Origin: Desulfobacterales bacterium | GTDB taxonomy: Bacteria > Desulfobacterota > Desulfobacteria > Desulfobacterales > UBA2174 | Assembly (NCBI GenBank): GCA_963668645.2 | Contig: CAXXWC010000019.1 | Location: forward strand, 448,001 to 512,000 | Length of the DNA stretch: 64,000 bases | Reading direction: 5' to 3' | Part shown: in pieces, positions 21,428-29,582 of the stretch | Position numbering within the stretch: the stretch's first letter is position 1 | Layout: every line of letters starts with the position of its first letter | Made by a program: the position numbers and the translations under genes | The notes under the pieces: generated by a model | The model's input: only the letters and a program-made list of their open reading frames with translations | Database searches by the model: none | Told to the model about the DNA's origin: nothing

Positions 21428-22037
21428 GGCGGAAATATTCCTTGAGCTGTTCTCGCACAAAGAGGCGCGCCCGATGGAGCCGGACCTTGACGTTGGTCGG
21501 CGTCAGGTTGAGGATCTGAGCCGCGGCTTCGGTGGAAAAGCCTTCCAAGTCGCGCAGCACCAGCACCAGGCGATACTTTTCGGGCAGCGCCACAATGGCA
21601 TCCTGAATCTTCCCGGCCAGTTCCTGGTCGAGAAGATGGGCCAGCGGTTCGCGCGCCCAGCGAGGGGTTTCACCGCTCACAGCGCTTTCATCGCCCGGCA
21701 AAAAGTCTTCCAGGCTGAGTTCCGGCTCCGGGGCGTATTTCGAACGCCGCCTCCGCTTGATGCAGGTGCTGGCCGCAATCCGGTAGAGCCAGTTCTTGAA
21801 TTGGCTCTCGAATCGAAAATCCTTCAAGTATCGAAATACGTTGAGAAAGGTATCTTGAACCATGTCTTCGGCATCCGCGGCGTGACCGCACATGCGCAGG
21901 CCGAAGTTGAATAGCGCCTGCTGGTAGCGCTGAACCAGCTCGTAGAATTTTTCGGTTTCACCGGCCTGGATCGCCCGGATCAGGGGGCTGTCGCGATCCT
22001 CGATTTGCCTGGGCTTGGTCGTCGGCGACGTGGGCAT
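21402..22037 (-). CDS. ECF sigma-70 family RNA polymerase sigma factor
   Basis: Region 2 DAEDMVQDTFL...FKNWLYRIA; region 4 LPEKYRLVLVLRDLEGFS...VKVRLHRAR. Confidence 0.95.
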   Translation of the reverse strand: MPTSPTTKPRQIEDRDSPLIRAIQAGETEKFYELVQRYQQALFNFGLRMCGHAADAEDMVQDTFLNVFRYLKDFRFESQFKNWLYRIAASTCIKRRRRSKYAPEPELSLEDFLPGDESAVSGETPRWAREPLAHLLDQELAGKIQDAIVALPEKYRLVLVLRDLEGFSTEAAAQILNLTPTNVKVRLHRARLFVREQLKEYFRHDRTSTAV

Positions 22038-22164
22038 GCGTTTTCGAACTTGTCACCTGACAAGCGTCGCGCATTCAGGTGGAAACTCCCAACCTGGGCA
22101 GGATCCAAACCTGCAACGCGACCCAGATGCCGATGACTATCAGAAGTAGTAAGGTTTCAGACAT
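21958..22164 (-). CDS. Putative small membrane selenoprotein (68 aa if TGA at codon 30 is Sec; 29 aa if it is a stop)
   Basis: GGGAGA RBS, ATG 22164, MSETLLLLIVIGIWVALQVWILPRLGVST-TGA-MRDACQV...; SECIS-like hairpin directly 3' of the TGA; absent from the ORF track. Confidence 0.7.
22036..22074 (-). promoter_or_regulatory. Candidate bacterial SECIS element
   Basis: After TGA (22077-22075): ATGCG CGA CG CTTGTC-AGGT-GACAAG T TCG AAAA CGCAT; loop begins after a 16-nt spacer and has G at its second position. Confidence 0.65.
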
Positions 22165-22193
22165 GGAGCGGGTCTCCCGTTTTGAATAGTTGA

Positions 22194-22664
22194 TCAGCCG
22201 TTGCTTGTCCACCGCTTTTTCCCGATCAGTGCATAGAAGGCTGCGAGTAAATATCCCATCACCAGGGCCAGGTGCAGCATATCAAGGGACACGATCCACC
22301 CGGCAGGCATGTAAACCCCGGAAAAGTTCTTGATCACCCGCAGCCCTCCGGTGATCACCAGGCCCGCGAGGATAACGGCCCGCAGCCATCCCGAGGCGGT
22401 CAGGCGCCGGGCCTTGCTGCGGTCGAGGAAAAAATCCAAAACCGTGTAGGCCACGATTCCCAGCAGCAGGGCCGCCAGAACGTAGTGCATCAGATGGGTG
22501 AGATAAAACTGGGCCAGCCATCCCAATCCGGGGATGTCGGCGATGTAGTAGCGTTTGAAAATCGGCATCTGGGCAAACCCGGTCAATGCCAGAAGGCCGA
22601 AGGTGAGCCCATAAAGCCGACCCAAGCCCTTGGCCTGGACAGATCTCTTGGTGTTGTTGGCCAT
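22194..22664 (-). CDS. Integral membrane protein (about 4 TM, His-containing), probable partner of the Fe-S protein
   Basis: Hydrophobic helices, TGFAQMPIFKRYYIADIPG, THLMHY and LHL histidines (possible heme b ligands, inference). Confidence 0.7.
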   Translation of the reverse strand: MANNTKRSVQAKGLGRLYGLTFGLLALTGFAQMPIFKRYYIADIPGLGWLAQFYLTHLMHYVLAALLLGIVAYTVLDFFLDRSKARRLTASGWLRAVILAGLVITGGLRVIKNFSGVYMPAGWIVSLDMLHLALVMGYLLAAFYALIGKKRWTSNG

Positions 22665-22674
22665 CTTTGGCAAT

Positions 22675-23670
22675 CTACCTTTCCACCGGCGCATTTTGGC
22701 CCTCTTTCGGACCGGCGGTCGACCGTCCGAGATTCGCCCCGCCGCTGCGCATCATCCGGGCCAGGGCCGCCCCCACACCGGCCAGGGGGGCCACGACCAT
22801 CGCCGCAGCCAGCCGGTTGCCCTGTTTCATCTGGTCGGCTACCGGTTCCATGGGCGGCTTCCCCGGCCCGTAGTGGCTGCCGGCATTGATCTCTTCAAAG
22901 GGCACCGGTGAGACGTAGATCGTGTTGGTGCCGCCGTTTTCTTCGGCCCCGTAAAGGTAGCCGCCGATCTCATCGGCGATGGCCCGGGCCTGGGCCAGAA
23001 TCCGGCTGCGCGGCCCGATGGTCTGAACCTCCTCGGGGCAGGCCTCGATGCAAGCGGGCAACTCCCCTTCGGCCAGACGGTCGTAGCATCGGTCGCACTT
23101 GTACATGACTCCGTTTCCGGCCAGGGAAGGGAGCAGATCGAGGTAAAGCCCCACCCCGGTCTGGCGTTGGGGCACATGCCAGGGGCAGACGGCGCCGCAC
23201 TTGTTGCCCCCCAGGCAGATATCGGCATCGATGCGCGAAAGTCCGTTGGGCTCCTGGTAGGCCGCGCCCCAGGGGCAGAGCTTGACGCAGGGCGGATTGA
23301 CACAGTGCATGCAGCGGCGCGGGATGGTCAGCTCGGTCTGCTCGCCGTCGATGGTCACCGTGGCGTGCTGGATGTAGAGCCAGTTGTAAGGCGTCAGCCG
23401 GTCGTTGACGTCTTGGCGCTCGGACCAGTCCGACACCTGGACTCTGGACGGATACATTTTCGGATAGGGTTTTTGTGGCACCGGAAACTTGTGGCCATTG
23501 GCATCATGGCAAGCCTCGACGCAGGCTTCGCACCCGATGCACTTGCGGATATCGATCAGCGTCGCCAGCGGTTCGTCCTCGGCGGCCATCGACGCTTTGG
23601 GGGTTGCTGCCATGGCACAGGCCGCGCCAAGGCTTCCCTTGATGAAACTGCGCCTTGAGATGGATTTCAA
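22675..23670 (-). CDS. Tat-exported 4Fe-4S dicluster (NrfC/DmsB-like) electron-transfer protein
   Basis: ISRRSFIK twin-arginine signal; CIGCEACVEAC, CMHCVNPPCVKLCP, CLGGNKCGAVCP, KCDRC...PACIEACP; TTG start after AAGGGAG. Confidence 0.9.
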   Translation of the reverse strand: MKSISRRSFIKGSLGAACAMAATPKASMAAEDEPLATLIDIRKCIGCEACVEACHDANGHKFPVPQKPYPKMYPSRVQVSDWSERQDVNDRLTPYNWLYIQHATVTIDGEQTELTIPRRCMHCVNPPCVKLCPWGAAYQEPNGLSRIDADICLGGNKCGAVCPWHVPQRQTGVGLYLDLLPSLAGNGVMYKCDRCYDRLAEGELPACIEACPEEVQTIGPRSRILAQARAIADEIGGYLYGAEENGGTNTIYVSPVPFEEINAGSHYGPGKPPMEPVADQMKQGNRLAAAMVVAPLAGVGAALARMMRSGGANLGRSTAGPKEGQNAPVER

Positions 23671-23835
23671 ATTCAGTCTCCCTTTAGCGTCTTTGCCGGC
23701 TGAAAGCGGCGTTTTGCTTCGGCGGCAAGAACCCCGCACATCCGGCCATAAACGTTCATTATCGCATAGAGAGCCTGTAAGGCACTGAAAGTTACACCTG
23801 CCGCTGCCGCAGAAACGCTGGCTTCCGGGTGCAGA

Positions 23836-24657
23836 TCACCCGTGGCTGGCGCTGCTCGGGTCGCCCTGGAGCCTCCGGGGCTTGGCAGCTTGCCGGGCGG
23901 CATGGGCAAAAGCCTGGCGCACCGCCGCCTGCAATTCGCCGGTTTGGGGCAGCGTGGCGGTAATGGCGGCAAGATGGCCCTGGTCGAGCATCAGGGCAAA
24001 GGCGGCGGGCAGATTGAGATCGTAGATCCAGGATGTCTGGAGCAGCTTGAAGTCGTGGCGGTTGCGCACATCGCCAAGGTTGACCATGCGCCCGCGTCGC
24101 AGCCGGTCAAGAACGACCGGCGAATAGCCGGGCCCGTCGGCCAGGTCGAGATCCACGGTGGCGTTGAGGGGCCGCTTTCCGCAGTAGTAGGTGGCAAATA
24201 CACGCCAGATGTCCAGTTTGTCCGCATCGCGCAGCATCCGGGCGAAGCGCATGCGCCGCCGGTCCGGATGATCGGGCAGGGCCAGGGCGTTGTGGTGGGC
24301 AATGGCGAAGGCCAGTTCACGGCGCAGGCGGCTTTCCAGGCCGTCGAGGACCCGCCGGCTCCCCAATTCACGCAGGCCGAGCCGGGCGTGATTGACCGAC
24401 AGGCCGTCGCGAAAAGTGCCGTACTGCCGGTACTGGCGAAAACGCCCCACATCGTGAAGCAGCCCCATCAATTCGGCCAGGGCTCCATCGGAAGCATCCA
24501 TTCCGAGGGAATCGGCCAAACTGGCCATATTGGCCTGAACCTTGAAAGTGTGCTCTATCTTGACTTGCAGGGGGAGGTCCTGCTGCCGGTCCCCGGTGAG
24601 AAAGCCGGCCGTATAGGCGTCGAACCAAGACCGGCAGCGGGCAAGCTGGACCTTCAC
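23836..24657 (-). CDS. HD-domain phosphohydrolase
   Basis: KIEHT, LLHDVGRF, HA, HHN, LRDADKLD; GTG start after GGAGG. Confidence 0.85.
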   Translation of the reverse strand: MKVQLARCRSWFDAYTAGFLTGDRQQDLPLQVKIEHTFKVQANMASLADSLGMDASDGALAELMGLLHDVGRFRQYRQYGTFRDGLSVNHARLGLRELGSRRVLDGLESRLRRELAFAIAHHNALALPDHPDRRRMRFARMLRDADKLDIWRVFATYYCGKRPLNATVDLDLADGPGYSPVVLDRLRRGRMVNLGDVRNRHDFKLLQTSWIYDLNLPAAFALMLDQGHLAAITATLPQTGELQAAVRQAFAHAARQAAKPRRLQGDPSSASHG

Positions 24658-24673
24658 GTGCCCTCCGGACCGG

Positions 24674-25201
24674 TCAGGAACGGGCCGCCAGCCCCAGGGC
24701 CGGCGGTTGCAGGAAGCGGTCTTCGATAAAATCCGCCAGGGCTTCGACTTCATTGAGTCCGAACACCGGCACCTTGGCCGCGGTGCCGCCGATATCCGTC
24801 ACCAGGGCCACCAGGAAGGGGTCGTCCAGGCAGATGGGCGTGTCGCTGCGCGCGGCGCGGCATACTTCGATCTTGGGCCCGTCCGTCTGCTTGTAGCCTT
24901 CGGTGATAATCAGATCCATACCTGCAAAGTAGCCAGCCAGTTCGTCGAATCCGATCTCCGCCATATCTTTGATCAGCGCGATGCGTCCTCCCCCGGCCAC
25001 CATCACCGCATCGGCGCCGGCGGCCTTGTGCCGGTAGCTGTCCTTGCCCGGCCGGTCCACCTCGATGGCGTGAGGGGTGTGCTTGACGGTGCCGATGCGA
25101 TAGCCGCGGGCCTTCAGCACCGGAATGATCCGCTCGATGAGGGTCGTCTTGCCCGAATTGGATTTGCCGACGACGGATACAATCTGGGGTTTGGGGGACA
25201 T
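24674..25201 (-). CDS. mobB: Molybdopterin-guanine dinucleotide biosynthesis protein MobB
   Basis: P-loop GKSNSGKTT, VKH, DRPGKDSYRH, ITEGYK, PKIEV. Confidence 0.92.
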   Translation of the reverse strand: MSPKPQIVSVVGKSNSGKTTLIERIIPVLKARGYRIGTVKHTPHAIEVDRPGKDSYRHKAAGADAVMVAGGGRIALIKDMAEIGFDELAGYFAGMDLIITEGYKQTDGPKIEVCRAARSDTPICLDDPFLVALVTDIGGTAAKVPVFGLNEVEALADFIEDRFLQPPALGLAARS

Positions 25202-25341
25202 CACGATTTACGTCTCCTCGACAGGCGAATTTGGACCGCATGGGTCATGACGATCAGCCCCCATCTAAGCCCGGGGGGGCCACTTGTCAAGCAAAGGACG
25301 AACGTCCCGATTTATTCGGCACGGCTTGCCTTGGCGGCGAC

Positions 25342-26640
25342 CTACATCATATGGACCAGAAAAAGAGAAAGCGATGGAAAGGCGGTAAACAGGACCAGCC
25401 CTAAAATCAGAGTAAAAACGAATGGTGCGGCTCCTTTTGCAATGGCGGTGAGACTCTCGCCGCTGATTCCCTGGAGGATATAAAGGTTCAGACCCACCGG
25501 GGGCGTGATTAATCCGATTTCACAGGCGAGTGTAATGACGACTGAAAACCATATCGGATCGAATCCCAGTTCAACAACGGTGGGCAGCATCGTCGGAACT
25601 GTCATAACCATCATGGAGACCGGATCCACCAGCATTCCCAGGAGGATATACAAAATATAGAAAATGGAAATGACTATATATCGTGAAACATCCAGACTGA
25701 GAACGAAAGTGGTGAGCATTTCGGGAAGCCTGACGAATTGAACGACAAAGCTGACGATGGAAGCACAAGCGATAATCACCATAATAAAGCTGGTTGTGCA
25801 AACCGTTGAAAGTAGCGCCTTCCATAGAAGCTTCCAGGTCAGATCGCGTTGAATCAGGCACAGCACGAATGCACCGAATGCACCGATCGCACCAGCCTCG
25901 GTGGGTGTCGTCACGCCAAGATAGATGCCGCCAAGAACGGCGAAGATGAGAAGCGCCGGCGGGATCAGCCGGGTCGAATTCTTGAATTTCTCAGTTATGG
26001 TCAATCCCGTCGACTTTGCAATCGGCACGCTCGACTTGTCGAGTCTACCCCAGACATCGACCAGAACAATGAATAGTCCTGCGCAGATGATGCCCGGAAC
26101 GACGCCGGCAATGAAGCAATGACCGATCGATACCCCGGCCAGGTTTCCGTATATAATCATGGTGATACTCGGCGGTATCAGAATCCCGAGAGTCCCACCC
26201 GAGGCGATGGTGCCGTAGGTCAGCGTTCGAGAATATCCTCTTTTGATCATCTCGGGTCCGGCGATGCTTCCCAATGTTGCAGATGTGGCCAGACTGGAGC
26301 CTGACATTGCGGCAAAGATGGCACAAGAAACCGTGGTTGCATGGCAAAGCCCTCCGCGAACATTCCCCATCCATTCCGACAAAGTGCCGTAAAGACTTTC
26401 ATTCATTTTTCCGTAGACAAGAAGCTCACCCATGAGAATAAACAGGGGGACCGGAGTCAGTGGGAACTTGTCAACAGCGGACCAGGTAAGATTTGCCAGC
26501 ATATGGCTGGCGGAGCACGGCAACATGAAACAAAGACCATATAGGCCCGCGATGCCTAAAGCAAAGGCGACCCTCATCCCGATAAGCAACAAAAACAAAA
26601 GTAAAAAAAGCAAGACAAATATGTGAATAGCAGTTCCCAT
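25342..26640 (-). CDS. dctM: TRAP transporter large permease DctM
   Basis: VPLFILMG, FAAMSGSS, GTLGILIPPS, TPTEAG, ITPPVGLNL. Confidence 0.93.
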   Translation of the reverse strand: MGTAIHIFVLLFLLLFLLLIGMRVAFALGIAGLYGLCFMLPCSASHMLANLTWSAVDKFPLTPVPLFILMGELLVYGKMNESLYGTLSEWMGNVRGGLCHATTVSCAIFAAMSGSSLATSATLGSIAGPEMIKRGYSRTLTYGTIASGGTLGILIPPSITMIIYGNLAGVSIGHCFIAGVVPGIICAGLFIVLVDVWGRLDKSSVPIAKSTGLTITEKFKNSTRLIPPALLIFAVLGGIYLGVTTPTEAGAIGAFGAFVLCLIQRDLTWKLLWKALLSTVCTTSFIMVIIACASIVSFVVQFVRLPEMLTTFVLSLDVSRYIVISIFYILYILLGMLVDPVSMMVMTVPTMLPTVVELGFDPIWFSVVITLACEIGLITPPVGLNLYILQGISGESLTAIAKGAAPFVFTLILGLVLFTAFPSLSLFLVHMM

Positions 26641-26673
26641 TTTAATATCCGTTTTTTAAGATATAGGATTCGA

Positions 26674-27189
26674 TCATTTTGAAATTTCAAATCCGGAATC
26701 ACCGCCTGGCCAGAACCGACGAAGGATTCTTACAGATAGCTGCAAAGAAAACCATGCCAAGCCGGCGGCAAAAAATGCTTGTGGGATATAAAGCGGCGTT
26801 CGCAATAAGGTGGGAGCGATACGGACGCTGGCATACGAGTCAGCCACAAGCTTCATGGCTTGCCATGAAAAAAAGGCTAAAAAGAAGAAGCTTACGATAT
26901 CTAGGCCGGTTTCTATATAGCAGCGAATCTTCGGGTTGAATTTTGTGATGATCGCCTCGACCCGAATATGCCCGTCTAGCACGAGAGTATAGGCGGCTCC
27001 GAGAAAGGTAATCGCAACCAAAAGATAGCAAGAGACTTCGTCTGCCCAAGTTGTCGGTGCATTAAAGACATGGCGCATGATCACATCGATAATAATACTG
27101 ATCATCATCAGAAAAACCAGAGCGCCACTAAAATAACCTATCAGTACGGAAAATTTTTCGATTCTGGCTAAAATCCGTTCCACCCGCAA
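26674..27189 (-). CDS. dctQ: TRAP transporter small permease DctQ
   Basis: Four TM helices, DVIMR...WADEV...FLGAAY...HIRV. Confidence 0.9.
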   Translation of the reverse strand: MRVERILARIEKFSVLIGYFSGALVFLMMISIIIDVIMRHVFNAPTTWADEVSCYLLVAITFLGAAYTLVLDGHIRVEAIITKFNPKIRCYIETGLDIVSFFFLAFFSWQAMKLVADSYASVRIAPTLLRTPLYIPQAFFAAGLAWFSLQLSVRILRRFWPGGDSGFEISK

Positions 27190-27274
27190 ACCGTCCTTTT
27201 TGTATCTATTAGCTTGTTAAGTGCTTCCCTTGGCTGAATTTGGTAACTGCTTGCATCAAGTTACATAAGAACGT

Positions 27275-27318
27275 TTTCCCGGATGGGAATTTTGGTGATA
27301 TATCTCGCATCCGGGAAA
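27275..27318. repeat. Inverted repeat/hairpin between dctP and dctQ (possible mRNA-stabilising stem)
   Basis: TTTCCCGGATG ... CATCCGGGAAA 11-bp arms. Confidence 0.5.
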
Positions 27319-27349
27319 GGAGCCCGAAAGCCTAAAACAGGGGCCGAGG

Positions 27350-28402
27350 CTATCTATGAGACCGGTAGTCGGCTAAAAACTGCTCGATATCTTGCAGCAT
27401 TTGGGCCGCTTCGGGACTACCTGCCTTTTGACACTGAGCGATCCATTTTTCACGAACAAATGAGGTCTGCTCCAGGCACTTGTTGTATTCGGCCTCGCTG
27501 GGTTCGACTACTTGGACACCGTTTGCCTTAAGCTTTTTCAGGCTTGCTTCCACTTTTGAAATATTGCACTCGCAATTTTTCTGGCCAGCTTCTTTCAACA
27601 CCTTTTTCACGATCGGTTTTAAATCGTCCGGCAGGCTGTCAAAGGCTTTACCGTTGACGATGAGCATCGCCGCACAAGAGGAACCATGGACAGGCCATTT
27701 ATTGATATATTTGCAGTATTCCCAGAACCCCATGCTGTCGTAAACCACCAGACCGGTTACCAGGCCGTCCACCACTCCGCGCTGCACGGACATAAACGCT
27801 TCGTCCCAAGGGATAGAAACCCCGGCGGCGCCTACGCCTTCAAAAGCCAGAGAATCGTAATAGCCCATCCCTCGCAATTTTTTCCCCTTGAAGTCTTCGA
27901 CCGTACGGATCGGTTTGTTGCAGTAAACATTCACACCACACCAGTGATTGATTCCCATCAAGCGGATATCGAATTTGCTTTTCAAGGATTTTTCCCAATA
28001 GTCCCAGACCACATTGTTCAATACAGCGGGAAATTCATCGTCTGACCTGAGCACGCCGGGGATCGCATGAAAACTACCAATCGGCCACTCGCCGCTGTAA
28101 TAAGGTGTACCGGCCACGGCTCCTTGAATGACGCCGTCGCGGACGCTGTGAAGCACCTCTGGGACCGGAACTAGGTTCAGGGGGACATGCAACTCCAAAC
28201 GGCCGCCGGTGGCTTCGGCCATTCGTTTAGGCAGCCATTTTCCGAAAAGGTCGTTGTCGCACCACTTGCCCAGCGCCATCTGATTCCAGGTCCAGACAAT
28301 TTTCTTTTGTCCCGCTTCTGCTCCTCTCAAGGTAAAAACAAAGGCCAAAACGGCGATAAGGCATACAACGGCGAGATTCCTCAAGAAATGTCGAAAATTC
28401 AT
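27350..28402 (-). CDS. dctP: TRAP transporter substrate-binding protein DctP
   Basis: Signal peptide, ATGGRL, KPIRTVEDFKGKKLR, GVVDG; AGGAGG RBS. Confidence 0.9.
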   Translation of the reverse strand: MNFRHFLRNLAVVCLIAVLAFVFTLRGAEAGQKKIVWTWNQMALGKWCDNDLFGKWLPKRMAEATGGRLELHVPLNLVPVPEVLHSVRDGVIQGAVAGTPYYSGEWPIGSFHAIPGVLRSDDEFPAVLNNVVWDYWEKSLKSKFDIRLMGINHWCGVNVYCNKPIRTVEDFKGKKLRGMGYYDSLAFEGVGAAGVSIPWDEAFMSVQRGVVDGLVTGLVVYDSMGFWEYCKYINKWPVHGSSCAAMLIVNGKAFDSLPDDLKPIVKKVLKEAGQKNCECNISKVEASLKKLKANGVQVVEPSEAEYNKCLEQTSFVREKWIAQCQKAGSPEAAQMLQDIEQFLADYRSHR

Positions 28403-28437
28403 TCTCTCCTCCTTTACCTGATGGGGTTAAAAATGCT

Positions 28438-29199
28438 TTAAGGAATCCGGTCCCTGGCGGCCATTTCCGGATCGTGCATCGGGATGATCAGGTCGGCCAT
28501 CTGCTTGATCTTCAAGGCACTGGCGTAGGCCTGGAAAAGGTCGGTATGAATTCCCGGCGCAATGACCGGATACGTGGCAAAGGGTGATACGGCTGTTTTT
28601 ACATCCTCGGCCGGACCGTAGTTGTCGCTGATCGAACAGCCGCCGGTGATAACGGCCAACCCTTCGCCGGTGTCTATGGCCACGGCCTGGGTGCCCGGGG
28701 TATGGCCGGGTGCGAAAACGGCCCGGATGCCCGGCAGGATCGTCTGATCGCCGTCGATGACTTCGAAATTCATCGATTCGATGATCTGCCGGGGAAAGAG
28801 CACCTCAAATATCGGATGGGGATTCAAGGCAAAATCAAGCTCCGCTTTCTGGACGAAAATCCTGGCGTTTTTGCACTTCGGCGTATTGTACATGTGATCC
28901 ATGTGCAAGTGGGTCTGGATGACGATATCGATATCTTCCGGCTTGCATGCGACCGTTGCCAGCGCTTCCTCGAAAGTTTGTATTTTCTCAAAAGGGTGAC
29001 CGGAAAATCCGGAATGATAATTCCGGTAGTCGTCCGCTTCAATGGACGTATCGATGAGCACGTTCTTGCCTGCTGAACGGACGTACCAGAAAAGATAGGG
29101 CCTGATGATCGGCTGGCCATGGCCCACCAGGTAGGTCATGGGGCCCTTTTCACTCGGAACCCGGGCCAGGCGTAACGGGATAATCGTGTGTCGTTCCAC
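28438..29199 (-). CDS. Metallo-beta-lactamase-fold hydrolase (AHL-lactonase-like)
   Basis: LIDT, THLHMDH, PGHTPG, TGGC, IPMHD; GTG start after GGAGG. Confidence 0.85.
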   Translation of the reverse strand: MERHTIIPLRLARVPSEKGPMTYLVGHGQPIIRPYLFWYVRSAGKNVLIDTSIEADDYRNYHSGFSGHPFEKIQTFEEALATVACKPEDIDIVIQTHLHMDHMYNTPKCKNARIFVQKAELDFALNPHPIFEVLFPRQIIESMNFEVIDGDQTILPGIRAVFAPGHTPGTQAVAIDTGEGLAVITGGCSISDNYGPAEDVKTAVSPFATYPVIAPGIHTDLFQAYASALKIKQMADLIIPMHDPEMAARDRIP

Positions 29200-29289
29200 T
29201 GCTGCCTCCCTCAAGGGCGGCGCCACGCCGCTTATGGATTTAATTCATTGCTTTCAGGTTTTGAACAGAATTTAGATGTCCAACGTCTG

Positions 29290-29301
29290 TTGTCATACCA
29301 A
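29290..29301. promoter_or_regulatory. Possible GntR/FadR-type operator upstream of the hydrolase-TRAP operon
   Basis: TTGT-CAT-ACCAA fits TnGT-N3-ACnA; a minus-strand TTGACA lies at 29310-29315. Confidence 0.35.
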
Positions 29302-29582
29302 AATGTCCATGTCAAGACAAATCGGACCGGACACCGCCGCACCGGAAACCAGAATTTTCAGGAGACCGGCTGCCCTGGATTCTGAAATCGGCAGTCCACC
29401 GGCCATCATGCACCTGAAACATATTGAGCAATTCCGGGCTTGGAAAAGATGGAGCAGGCATGCTGTGGGTGCACGAGCCGCCGCCCCCGGGAGGAAGGAG
29501 GGGACCTGGGGGCGGTGCTCGTGTCAGGGACAAGCGGCATCCCGCACAATGACTCGCGGGAAGCCGCCAGGGGGGCCGGGAA

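Noticed and set aside
22049..22064. Hairpin read as an intrinsic terminator
   Set aside because: No U-tract follows on either strand and it lies inside an apparent operon; its position relative to the TGA fits a SECIS better
23680..23745. Leader hairpin as a c-di-GMP or Moco riboswitch
   Set aside because: A stem can form, but I could not see the conserved motifs of either riboswitch; an Rfam/Infernal scan would settle it
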